From IMG/VR virus record IMGVR_UViG_3300048074_000118: a stretch of DNA of 41,407 nt. The stretch is one strand, 5' to 3'. The translations under genes were made by a program, and so were the position numbers. Each line of letters starts with the position of its first letter. Position 1 is the first letter of the stretch. The notes beneath the pieces were generated by a model that was given only the letters and a program-made list of their open reading frames with translations, had not been told where the DNA came from and did not search any database. This document shows, in pieces, positions 17,001 through 25,023 of this stretch. This DNA is from a virus.

Positions 17001-18114
17001 CGAACTTCACCCTCGCGTAGAGATCCCGATAGTGATTCCAGGCCTTGCAGAGTCCGCCCACGCGCGGCGGCCCCTTGCTCCTGTGGTGCTTCATGTAGAA
17101 CTCCCAGACCTCGCGCACCTCGGCGTGGAGCATGTTGAGGTCGTCGCCGAGGTCCAGGTGCGGCGGGATCACCTCGCGGTACCAGGGCAAGAACTCCTGC
17201 TGGAACTCCCCCCGAGGCCCGAATCCCCCGGCGTACACGGCACCGCGCGCGTCCGCGAAGTCGCTCACGAGCTCGGCCCAGAGCTCCCCCGGCCGCAGCC
17301 GCGTCTCCCCGTGGAAGTACTCCCCGCGGTCGCGGGCCTCGGCCTCGCGGATCACCGATGGCAGCGGGCGACGTGGCCCCGAGGGGCCGGCCGAGAATCC
17401 TCCCCCGGGCGGGGTTCCCCCGTCGCATCCCCCGATCGGGCCCCCGCCGAGCGACGAGATCGCGTCAGCGGGCGGCGAGTTCCCGTCGCCGTTCCCGAAT
17501 CCGGCCCCCTGATCCGCGACAGCGACGGCGACGACGGCCTCTCTCTCGCGCGCGGGCGCGCAGGACACCCCAGGGTTAGCTACCACCGTCGTCTCCGGTT
17601 CCTGTTCCTGTTCCTGCTCCTGCTCCTGATAAGGGCTACCCTTGTCCCTAGCCATGCGCTTGGCCTTGCCCTTAGGCATGCCCGTAGCCTTAACCCATGC
17701 CTCAGTCCATGCCTTGCCCTTAGCCTCCAAGTAGTTGGCGCAACGCTCGATAAGTGCCGTCTTCAGGGGGCAGTCGGGGACCAGTTCCAGGGCCTCTTTC
17801 CACCCCTTGGTGACGACGTTGGGGCTCTCCGGCTCGTTGTCTTCGAGGAATCCGACGACCCCAACGTAGGAGGCTTCTTCGTACCCTTCCAGGTACCCTT
17901 GTCGGTAGCCTTCGGTCATGGCTAAGGACATGCGCTCGACTGTCCACCCCTTCTCGGCTGCCAGCCCCGCCACCGTCGCGCGCATGGCCCCGAGCGCGGT
18001 CATCGCGGGGTGCGTGCTCACGAAGAAGTACGCGAGCTGAGCGTCGTCCGACATTCCCCGGAAGCGCGCCTCATTCCAGATCCGTGGGAGGATCTTCCTG
18101 TACCTGGCCATCAC
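16972..18114 (-). CDS. Replisome-organizer/replication-initiator-like protein (380 aa) with internal repeat region
   Basis: N-terminus 'ILPRIWNEARFRGMSDDAQLAYFFVSTHP' resembles phage replication-organizer N-domains. The central low-complexity part contains a (QE)n run. Confidence 0.55.
   Translation of the reverse strand: MMARYRKILPRIWNEARFRGMSDDAQLAYFFVSTHPAMTALGAMRATVAGLAAEKGWTVERMSLAMTEGYRQGYLEGYEEASYVGVVGFLEDNEPESPNVVTKGWKEALELVPDCPLKTALIERCANYLEAKGKAWTEAWVKATGMPKGKAKRMARDKGSPYQEQEQEQEQEPETTVVANPGVSCAPAREREAVVAVAVADQGAGFGNGDGNSPPADAISSLGGGPIGGCDGGTPPGGGFSAGPSGPRRPLPSVIREAEARDRGEYFHGETRLRPGELWAELVSDFADARGAVYAGGFGPRGEFQQEFLPWYREVIPPHLDLGDDLNMLHAEVREVWEFYMKHHRSKGPPRVGGLCKAWNHYRDLYARVKFDDTPEEAAG
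17598..17627. repeat. Hexanucleotide tandem repeat (GTTCCT x3, GCTCCT x2) encoding (QE)n
   Basis: Read directly: 'gttcctgttcctgttcctgctcctgctcct'. Confidence 0.9.
17663..17723. repeat. Two copies of the 13-bp direct repeat GCCTTGCCCTTAG (17663-17675, 17711-17723) with CATGC motifs between; iteron/origin candidate
   Basis: Read directly. Lies inside the replication gene, in a locally AT-richer stretch. Confidence 0.6.
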
Positions 18115-18767
18115 TTCCCCCCGGATCCATTGCGGAAATGCGTCTCCAGGACGACGCGGGCCTCCTGAACCAGCCGGAACTCCTCGGCCCTGCCCCCCTG
18201 GTCCGGATGGGTACGACGCACAGCGACGCGCCAGGCGTCGATCATCCGGGCCTCCCCGACGAGGATCTCGACCGGCCGCCTCTCACTCAGCCGGGCGAGG
18301 ATCTCCGCCGCCTCCCGGTAGGTCTTCACCTGGACCTCGTTCACCGGTCCGGGCAGTGCGCGCCACCCCCGGTATTGCTCGCCCCTGCGGGCGGTGCCGT
18401 AGCGGTCGATCCGTCGAAGATCGTGAAGCGTGAGGGCGATCGCCCGGACGTTGTCCTGCCAGCCCGAGAAGCGATCGCACGCGAGCTTGACCGGCCCGTG
18501 CAACGACTCAAACGCGAGGATCACCCCTGGGTGTGCAGGCCGCGCGGAAGCCCGCGGCCTCGTCCCATCGTTCAGGATGTCGTTCTCGCCCACCGCGAGC
18601 ATGAAGACGATCTGCTTCGCGCGCAGCGCGCCCAGCTCCCGCTTGAGGATCCCCAGGGTGTTGGTCCAGTTCGCTCGGAAGATCGCGACCCTGCGCTTCT
18701 CAGGAGGCGTCTGGGTTCCCGGCCAGAGGTCGATGGGGCGACAGGTGACTTGAAGGTTTCCAAACAT
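18111..18767 (-). CDS. J-domain (DnaJ-like co-chaperone) protein (218 aa)
   Basis: C-terminal 'AWRVAVRRTHPDQGGRAEEFRLVQEARVVLE' carries the HPD signature. ATG at 18767 has a GAGGGAGG RBS. The 421-aa ORF-track extension overlaps parB and is rejected. Confidence 0.75.
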   Translation of the reverse strand: MFGNLQVTCRPIDLWPGTQTPPEKRRVAIFRANWTNTLGILKRELGALRAKQIVFMLAVGENDILNDGTRPRASARPAHPGVILAFESLHGPVKLACDRFSGWQDNVRAIALTLHDLRRIDRYGTARRGEQYRGWRALPGPVNEVQVKTYREAAEILARLSERRPVEILVGEARMIDAWRVAVRRTHPDQGGRAEEFRLVQEARVVLETHFRNGSGGK

Positions 18768-18777
18768 TCCGCCTCCC

Positions 18778-20457
18778 TCAGCGCTTCTTGCCGACGCGGG
18801 CGCGAGCGGGCTTCTTGGAACTCTTTGCAACGGCCTTCCCAGCCACCGGTTTCTTGTGGCCTTTGGAAACCTTTGGCGCGGCCTTCTCCTTCGCCTCGGC
18901 TGTGATCCGCTTCGCGATCGCAGCGCGGCCGATGCCGAGCAGCTCGCAGAAGTCACCGGTCGACGTCCCCCGTTTCTTGCCCCCAAAGTCGGCCGAATGC
19001 GAGACGTCGCGGTGCGCCCAGATCTCGAGGACCAGGCCCAAACAGCCCCCGGGCTCGGTCGTCTTGACCAGCTCCAGGAGGGCTTCGTCCGGGCTCCATC
19101 CTTTCCCGGTCTTCTTGAGCCCCCGGCGCGCGGCGACGTCGCGCAGGGTGTCGTGCCAGGCGGAGCGCACGGCCGCCCGCGCGAGCGCCTTCCAGAGCGT
19201 GACCTCGTCCAGGTCCTGGTTGACGAACGAGAGCCCGCCCTTCTCTGCGATCGTGGCGAGGACCTCGCGCGCAACCGCTGCCTGGATCTTCGCCGTCTCA
19301 CGTTGCTTCTTCTCGCCGGCGGAGGCCGTGGTGGATGAGCCACTCCCATTGCGGCGCTCGAACCAGGTGTGGCCACGTTCCTTCATCGCCGCGGCGAGCC
19401 CGGCCTTCGCGGCGAGCTCCACGATCTTCCCCTCCGGCGATCGAACGAGAGTCACCTTGACCGCGTCTCCGAGCAGCTTCCGCCAGGTGCGCCTCTTCGG
19501 GTCTTCCCAGGGTTGCTTGTCGAGTTCGACGTACGGCGCGCTATCATTCACGAAGTCCCCGTAGGGGAAGAGCTTCTTGACCTCGGCCTTCTTCTCGACG
19601 ACCGTGCCGCCGGCGTTCTTCACCTCCACCTTCCGGATCTCCCAGACGGCGTCCACCTTCTTCCCCCAGCAGCCTGAGTCCGTGCACCGATCGTCCTTCC
19701 CGTCCTCCTGGAAGAGGTCGGCGTTGTGGCCGGTGCGCTTCGGGCACGCGGTGCACGCGCCCGCGGCGGGGACGAGTTCGACGTCGGAGGGCTTGAACGG
19801 AGCGGCGCTCAGATGATGGAGATTGCGCTCCATCCAGTCACGGATCTCGTCAGCCACTGCGGGGGCGCCGGCCGTGGCGCGCGCGCACTCTCGCTTGATC
19901 ACCTCGTTCTGGATTTTCGGGTCCGAGACGCGAGCCAGGAGGATCGCCCCCCCGAGTGTGAGCTTCCCCTCCTTGAGCGCAGCGGCCGCGATCGGCGCCA
20001 AGTTGACGAGCTGCAGCCGCTGATAGACGTAGGCCTTCGATCGCCCCACCTTCGCGGCGATCTCCTCCACCGGGAACCCGTGCTCCTCGAGGAGCACGCG
20101 GTAGGCCTCGGCCTCGTCGATAGGAGGCATGTCCTCGCGCTGGCAGTTCTCGACAAGCTGGGCCTCGCGCGCCTGCTGGTCCGTCATCTCGCGGACGACA
20201 GCGGGAACCTCAAGAAGGCTGAGCGCGCGCGCCGCTCGCACGCGGCGGTGGCCGCAGACGACCTCGAGGCCTTCCCGCGTCGGCCGCACCAGGATCGGCT
20301 GCAGGATCCCCTGCTCCCGGATCGAGTCGGCCAGGTCGCTGAGATCGCCGAAGTCACGCCGCGGGTTGAACGGCGACTCGACGAGCAACTCGATCGGGAC
20401 GTTTCGCTGACCGGTTTGGCCGGCCGTCGTTTCCGGCGCTTCAGTGGTGGAAGACAT
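18778..20457 (-). CDS. parB: ParB/Spo0J-like protein with Cys-rich middle and Lys-rich tail (559 aa); no ParA partner
   Basis: ParB N-domain boxes 'GILQPILVRP' and 'VVCGHRRVRAA', plus HTH 'EEIAAKVGRSKAYVYQRLQLVNL'. Confidence 0.85.
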   Translation of the reverse strand: MSSTTEAPETTAGQTGQRNVPIELLVESPFNPRRDFGDLSDLADSIREQGILQPILVRPTREGLEVVCGHRRVRAARALSLLEVPAVVREMTDQQAREAQLVENCQREDMPPIDEAEAYRVLLEEHGFPVEEIAAKVGRSKAYVYQRLQLVNLAPIAAAALKEGKLTLGGAILLARVSDPKIQNEVIKRECARATAGAPAVADEIRDWMERNLHHLSAAPFKPSDVELVPAAGACTACPKRTGHNADLFQEDGKDDRCTDSGCWGKKVDAVWEIRKVEVKNAGGTVVEKKAEVKKLFPYGDFVNDSAPYVELDKQPWEDPKRRTWRKLLGDAVKVTLVRSPEGKIVELAAKAGLAAAMKERGHTWFERRNGSGSSTTASAGEKKQRETAKIQAAVAREVLATIAEKGGLSFVNQDLDEVTLWKALARAAVRSAWHDTLRDVAARRGLKKTGKGWSPDEALLELVKTTEPGGCLGLVLEIWAHRDVSHSADFGGKKRGTSTGDFCELLGIGRAAIAKRITAEAKEKAAPKVSKGHKKPVAGKAVAKSSKKPARARVGKKR

Positions 20458-20505
20458 GCACCCCCCTTTGAGTTCCCCCGCGGGGCCCGATGCCCCGGCG
20501 GTGTT

Positions 20506-20880
20506 TCAGATCCTCAACTGCATCTGCTCGCCCGGCCGGATGTCGGCCAGCTCGAGCTGGATCTCTCTCAGCAGCCGGCGGCGGAGTTCTCTCCGGATCG
20601 CCGACCGCGTTCTCAGAATCGCCAGTGCGCGGCTGCGCAGATGCGCCAACACCGGCGCCATCTCGTCTGCGTCCAGCGCGTAGAAGTAGCCCGTGTCCCC
20701 GGATCCGATCAGCTCGCCCGAGCGCCGTGCGCTCTCGACGGCCTCCCGGATCACTCGCTCCGAGACCCCGAAGTACTCGGCCAACTCCGGCCCCTTCGCC
20801 GGCGCCCGCTCCGCCTCACGACGCTCCCGCAAGTAGTCCACCAGAGGAAGTGTGAGGACATCGAGACGGGCACCGTTCAC
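20506..20880 (-). CDS. Winged-helix DNA-binding protein (124 aa, GTG start)
   Basis: 'LVDYLRER...PELAEYFGVSERVIREAVESARRSGELIGS' is wHTH-like. GTGA-coupled to the upstream gene. Confidence 0.55.
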   Translation of the reverse strand: MNGARLDVLTLPLVDYLRERREAERAPAKGPELAEYFGVSERVIREAVESARRSGELIGSGDTGYFYALDADEMAPVLAHLRSRALAILRTRSAIRRELRRRLLREIQLELADIRPGEQMQLRI

Positions 20881-21335
20881 CGCGGCGGTCCCCCGGCTGC
20901 CGGAACCCACACATCGCCCCCCCCGGCGCATACACGACGCAGGCCGCGTTCGCCCAGCGGCGGGTAGTAGTAGCTCTCCGGAGGCGCGCACAGTGACCTG
21001 CCCTGGAAGAGCACGGCCTCCGTCCGAAAGTGGTACTCGGCGACCGAATGCCACGGCGTCACCCGGATCGGGTGCCAGAGCGAATCAGCCCCGGTCGAAT
21101 CGAAGTCGACGAACGACGGCAGGAGGCGCTCCACCGAATCCCCGTCCGCGCGGCCATAGACCTCGAGGTAGGCAACGTCGTGGAGCAGCGCCCATGGGCG
21201 CGTCGAGTCGGGCTCGCAGGTGCCCGGCTTCGCCGGGAACTTGGGCGCCTGAACGGCGATCGTGAACGTGCACTCCTGAGCGGAGGCCTCGCCAGCGAAC
21301 ACGGTGAGCAGGAACGCGACGACCAGGGCTCTCAC
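20877..21335 (-). CDS. Secreted Cys-containing protein with signal peptide (152 aa)
   Basis: 'MRALVVAFLLTVFAGEASAQEC' is Sec-signal-like. Confidence 0.6.
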   Translation of the reverse strand: MRALVVAFLLTVFAGEASAQECTFTIAVQAPKFPAKPGTCEPDSTRPWALLHDVAYLEVYGRADGDSVERLLPSFVDFDSTGADSLWHPIRVTPWHSVAEYHFRTEAVLFQGRSLCAPPESYYYPPLGERGLRRVCAGGGDVWVPAAGGPPR

Positions 21336-21336
21336 G

Positions 21337-21774
21337 TCAGATCGCTAAGCCTTCTGGCGTGGTCAGTGCGTGGATGAGATCGAGCCCTCGCTGAACGACT
21401 TCGAGCTCAGCGGCGGCTTCTTCCTTCAACCAATGTGCGCGGCGCTCTGCGTCCACCACATGGGTAGTGCAGAACTCGACCATCTCCCGGGCGTTGCCGA
21501 GGTTGGCCGTGGCCACCCGGTAAAGCTGATACTGCTCCGTCCAAGCCGGCGCCCCCTCGACCATGCCCTGGTCGCCGGCGTTCAGGAGCCCCGCCGCTCG
21601 CCAGCCCTCGATCACCCGCATCGTCTCGTTCGCTAGATCCCGCGTCGCCGTGGTCAGTGCCGCGCGGCGCGCACAGTGCCCGTCGAGAGCCGAGAGCAGC
21701 GCCCCCGCCTCGTTCTCCATCTGCGTCCTCTGGCGCACTGTGCGTTCAACTTGATCCCCGAGGTCATCGTTCAT
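21337..21774 (-). CDS. Hypothetical early protein (145 aa)
   Basis: ATG 21774 is preceded by GGGGGAGAA. The longer 258-aa version in the ORF track looks like out-of-frame read-through. Confidence 0.55.
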   Translation of the reverse strand: MNDDLGDQVERTVRQRTQMENEAGALLSALDGHCARRAALTTATRDLANETMRVIEGWRAAGLLNAGDQGMVEGAPAWTEQYQLYRVATANLGNAREMVEFCTTHVVDAERRAHWLKEEAAAELEVVQRGLDLIHALTTPEGLAI

Positions 21775-21818
21775 GGTGTTCTCCCCCGACCACGCCGGTC
21801 TGGTCTCGCTGCGCTCCG

Positions 21819-22019
21819 CTACTCCGAAACCGGGACTGCGTCGAGCGCGCCCTCGTTGAACCATGCCGGATCCGCCGGCGTGCCCTTCTGCATGTCGAGA
21901 AGGGTCGACTGAATCCCGTAGGTGTTGAGCCCATCGAGCCAGTCCGTTCGACCGATGACGACCCCCCTGAATCCGGTGATCCTGTGAACCACGGTGTCTC
22001 CCAAACTGAACTTGAACAT
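21819..22019 (-). CDS. YccV/HspQ-like (hemimethylated-DNA-binding domain) small protein (66 aa)
   Basis: 'MFKFSLGDTVVHRITGFRGVVIGRTDW' parallels the E. coli HspQ N-terminus '[23 protein letters not shown]'. AAGGAGAG RBS. Confidence 0.55.
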   Translation of the reverse strand: MFKFSLGDTVVHRITGFRGVVIGRTDWLDGLNTYGIQSTLLDMQKGTPADPAWFNEGALDAVPVSE

Positions 22020-22295
22020 CCCCTACTCTCCTTTGTTCGGGTTCCGGCCAGCGTGCAGGTCGCGCCAAACAGGAACCAGCCGATCGCGATGCCCACGGCA
22101 ACGCAAACGACATGCCCAGGCGTCACGCACACCGTTGCCCCCCTGTCTGAGTCCGTTGCGCCCGCACCAGCCGCCGGTCTGGCAGCGAGCGCCCCCCTTT
22201 GCATCCCCGGCGGTTCGCGGTCCGGCAGTCTGTGCTCGCTGAGACTTCCCCCATCTCCAGCTTCGCCATCTCACCCACGGGACCGCGAATCTCTC

Positions 22296-22514
22296 TTATC
22301 CAACGCGCGCCACCGCCGCGGGCAGCGCCTCGCCCAGCCACAGCAGGAAGACGGCGATGAAGACCACGGCCGCCACCTGTAAGCAGAATCCCCAACGCAC
22401 CCGGATCCCCATCTCGTCCCGGATCCACCGCGCGATCGCGCGAGCACCGCGGGCGAGCAGCTCGTCGAAATGCACCTCGTTCTCAAGGTCGTGAGATTCG
22501 GTCCAGCTCTGCAT
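22296..22514 (-). CDS. Small single-TM protein (72 aa)
   Basis: Hydrophobic 'FCLQVAAVVFIAVFLLWLG'. Starts 2 nt after the upstream stop. Confidence 0.5.
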   Translation of the reverse strand: MQSWTESHDLENEVHFDELLARGARAIARWIRDEMGIRVRWGFCLQVAAVVFIAVFLLWLGEALPAAVARVG

Positions 22515-22516
22515 GC

Positions 22517-22762
22517 TCAGCTCCCTTGCGCCACCAGCGACGGAGCGGGAAAGGAGGGTTCCGAAGCCCGCCCCGCCGCCGTGGACGCGCGCTCAGCTTT
22601 CGCTCTGCGCTCCGTGTCGCGTCTGTCGAGCTCCGCCTTGGCGATCAGCCCGAGACACGCGAATGCCTTCACCAGGGGATCCGGGTCGTTGCCGAGGGTC
22701 TCCGCGGCGCTCGCCCACGCTTCGAGGTCGCACTTGCGCTCGCGGGCCAGGGCGGCAGTCAC
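22517..22762 (-). CDS. Small early protein downstream of cro (81 aa, GTG start)
   Basis: GTGA overlap with the Cro-like stop. Helical, charged sequence. Function unknown (CII-like by position only). Confidence 0.45.
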   Translation of the reverse strand: MTAALARERKCDLEAWASAAETLGNDPDPLVKAFACLGLIAKAELDRRDTERRAKAERASTAAGRASEPSFPAPSLVAQGS

Positions 22763-23055
22763 GCGGCCTTCCTCACCGGAAGGAGCTTTTCGGGGGCGAC
22801 GCCGTAGACATCGACGATCGCCCGCAGCGTCCGCCAGCTGGGAGAGGTCTTCCCCCGGAGCCAAGTCCGCACAGCCTGACCGGAGACCCCAATCGACTGC
22901 CCGAACTGGTCCGGGGTTAGCCCCAGCGCATCGAGAATCGGCCGGAGAACCGGCGCGAAGCTCTCGTCTCGAAGGCGTTCGCTTGTTGGGAGGTGCGGGT
23001 GACGCCTTAAATCTGCATTTTGTTGCCGTTGTCCCGGCTCATATCCTCGTGCCAT
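22759..23055 (-). CDS. cro: Cro-like HTH regulator (98 aa)
   Basis: HTH 'LTPDQFGQSIGVSGQAVRTWLRGKTSPS'. Divergent from the CI-like repressor. Confidence 0.7.
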   Translation of the reverse strand: MARGYEPGQRQQNADLRRHPHLPTSERLRDESFAPVLRPILDALGLTPDQFGQSIGVSGQAVRTWLRGKTSPSWRTLRAIVDVYGVAPEKLLPVRKAA

Positions 23056-23118
23056 GCGCGGATAATCGGCATTCTACTGCCTATCGTCAACATGTTTTTT
23101 CATTTCTCCGCATAACTC
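23056..23118. promoter_or_regulatory. CI/Cro divergent switch region with imperfect inverted repeat (operator candidate)
   Basis: AT-rich 63-nt spacer. GATAATCGGCA / TGCCTATC inverted repeat at 23061-23085. Confidence 0.5.
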
Positions 23119-23844
23119 ATGCTCTTTTCTGCTAACCTGCCGCGCATGGGGGACTTATCGGGGGGGCCCGTGCTAGCTGAACGGCTATACATTCTGCGGC
23201 ACTCAGCACGCCTGAGTCAGGAAGAGCTGGCGCGCAAATCGGGCATCAGCATCCGGCGGATTCACGACATCGAGAACGGCGCGAATCCGACGCTCGACAC
23301 GCTCCGGAAGCTGGCGTCAGGTCTGGGGATTTCACTCTCTGAATTGACTGGCGGGGAGCTACCACTTGAACCCATTCCCCCTCGCAGAGTCCCCGGCGTA
23401 ATGGCCCCATCCCCCGGGGCCTTCTACGTTTCCGATCGGACCCCGACTGGGGCGAAGCCGATTCCAGTCATCTCCTGGGCCTCCGCCGGCGACGGCCTCG
23501 AGTACACCGACCAGGGATACCCGCCGGGCGCCAGCGATGAGTGGATCGATCGGCCCGTGAACGTCCGCGATCGCCGCGCCTACGCGGTGCGCGTGGTCGG
23601 CGATTCGATGAGCCCGGTTATCCAGGCCGGCGATCTGGTCGTCCTCATCCACGACCAGGAGCCGTCCCCCCACGACATCGTGCTGGTGAAGCTCAAGTCG
23701 GGCGAGGTGTTCCTGAAGCTCCTGAGTCGGCACGATGGTCACTTCGTGCTAGTGTCCGCGAACCCCCTGTATCCCCCGTTGGTGGTCGCGCTCGACGAGC
23801 TGATGTTCCCCCCTCGCAAGGTGGCTGCGATTTTCAAGCGCTGA
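23119..23844 (+). CDS. cI: CI-type repressor: XRE HTH + S24 (LexA-like) autopeptidase (241 aa; alternative ATG at 23146)
   Basis: HTH 'LSQEELARKSGISIRRIHDIENG', candidate cleavage site 'SAGDG', catalytic 'VVGDSMSP' and a downstream Lys ('VLVKLKSGE'). Confidence 0.88.
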   Translation: MLFSANLPRMGDLSGGPVLAERLYILRHSARLSQEELARKSGISIRRIHDIENGANPTLDTLRKLASGLGISLSELTGGELPLEPIPPRRVPGVMAPSPGAFYVSDRTPTGAKPIPVISWASAGDGLEYTDQGYPPGASDEWIDRPVNVRDRRAYAVRVVGDSMSPVIQAGDLVVLIHDQEPSPHDIVLVKLKSGEVFLKLLSRHDGHFVLVSANPLYPPLVVALDELMFPPRKVAAIFKR

Positions 23845-23856
23845 GGAGAACCCTGT

Positions 23857-24747
23857 ATGAGTGGGAGTCTTCATGACCAAGATCCAGCTGCAGGTCGTCG
23901 TCGAATCGTGGCGGATCTCTCCCCCGAAGGTCCCTCAGAGCCTCCTGGCTCCGAGCACACCGATCACGAGTCATTCCGCCGCTTTTTCTCGAACCCACTC
24001 GTCGGCGTGATCGGCGCCGTAGCAAGCTTGTGCGGCGTAGCCCTCGCGATCTATTTCTACTCCATGTCCACAAACACTCGTGAGCTCACCTATATGGTCC
24101 ATCCAGTCAAGGCAGTTGTCGTGCGGGGTGGACAGACATCCAGACTATCGATCACGTTGGATGGTCGACCCGTCCAGGGCGACGTGACGACTGCACAAGT
24201 CGCATGCTGGAACGCTGGCCGGTCTTCGATTCGGAAGGACCAGATCCTTCGACCGGTCGTCCTTCGGACGAGCCCGCCAGTCCCAATTGTCGATGCCACG
24301 ATCCGCAAGGAAACGCGCCCCGATATCACCAGGCTGTGTTTGGACAAGAGCAACTTTCAGGGTGGAGAGGTCGGGGTCTCATGGAACATCATGGAGGGTA
24401 ACGATGGTGGAGTGATCCAACTCGTCTTCATTGGGGACACCAAGACCGAAGTCATTCTAGATGGGACCATTGAGGGTCAGCGTGCGGTTTCCAGAAGCAA
24501 GGGGAGGCCCCCCGATGGTGATCTCGTCTTGACAGTCGGGAGACGTAGATTCCTCACCTACTTTTTCTTCACAATGATCATCATTTCTGCCCTTAGTGCT
24601 ATCAGTAACATAATGCGTTTTGTCAGGCGGCGGAAGCAGCGGATAGGCCGCTTCGTGGCCGACATCGCAGCGGATGTCTTCCTCGCTGGAATCATAATTC
24701 TCTTCTATGTCCGCTCCCGTGCGTCAGGGCCGCCATTCGGATTCTGA
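23857..24747 (+). CDS. 3-TM membrane protein with beta-rich extracytoplasmic middle domain (296 aa)
   Basis: GAGGAGAA RBS 12 nt after the cI stop. TM segments 'LVGVIGAVASLCGVALAIYFY', 'FLTYFFFTMIIISALSAISNIM' and 'ADVFLAGIIILFYV'. Confidence 0.7.
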   Translation: MSGSLHDQDPAAGRRRIVADLSPEGPSEPPGSEHTDHESFRRFFSNPLVGVIGAVASLCGVALAIYFYSMSTNTRELTYMVHPVKAVVVRGGQTSRLSITLDGRPVQGDVTTAQVACWNAGRSSIRKDQILRPVVLRTSPPVPIVDATIRKETRPDITRLCLDKSNFQGGEVGVSWNIMEGNDGGVIQLVFIGDTKTEVILDGTIEGQRAVSRSKGRPPDGDLVLTVGRRRFLTYFFFTMIIISALSAISNIMRFVRRRKQRIGRFVADIAADVFLAGIIILFYVRSRASGPPFGF

Positions 24748-24801
24748 GGCAGCACCATCATGCTGATTCAGAGTACAGTCCCGATTCTAGAGAGGTGGAA
24801 T

Positions 24802-25023
24802 ATGTACTGTCCGAACTGCGGTTCCGTGGCAGAAGCCAAGCGCCACACCAAAGGTTCGTTCCTAGTCGAGTTGCTCCTCTGGCTCTGCTTCCTCGTCCCA
24901 GGGCTCATCTACTCAATCTGGAGGTTGACGACGCGCTCAACGGTCTGCGGAGTCTGCAAGAGTTCCGGCGTGATTCCTGAGAACTCGCCCAGGGCGAAGG
25001 AAGCCCTTGCCAAACCCCGATGA
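24802..25023 (+). CDS. Membrane zinc-ribbon protein, CxxC - hydrophobic - CxxC (LITAF-like layout, 73 aa; alternative ATG at 24760)
   Basis: 'MYCPNCGS...FLVELLLWLCFLVPGLIYSIW...CGVCKS'. GAGAGGTGG RBS. Confidence 0.65.
   Translation: MYCPNCGSVAEAKRHTKGSFLVELLLWLCFLVPGLIYSIWRLTTRSTVCGVCKSSGVIPENSPRAKEALAKPR

Noticed and set aside
17598-17627. Short tandem repeat considered as a CRISPR-like or satellite array
   Set aside because: The units are only 6 bp, there are no spacers, and the repeat is in frame within a coding region where it encodes (QE)n.
18111-19376. Full 421-aa version of the J-domain ORF
   Set aside because: Its first ~200 codons overlap parB out of frame and are Arg/Ser/Pro-rich. 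An internal ATG at 18767 with a strong RBS sits 8 nt downstream of the parB stop codon (18780..18778).
19726-20967. 413-aa plus-strand ORF, and the 436-aa ORF 35493..36803
   Set aside because: They are antisense to the ParB-like and J-like genes respectively, with low-complexity Arg/Asp/Gly/Leu composition and no start context.
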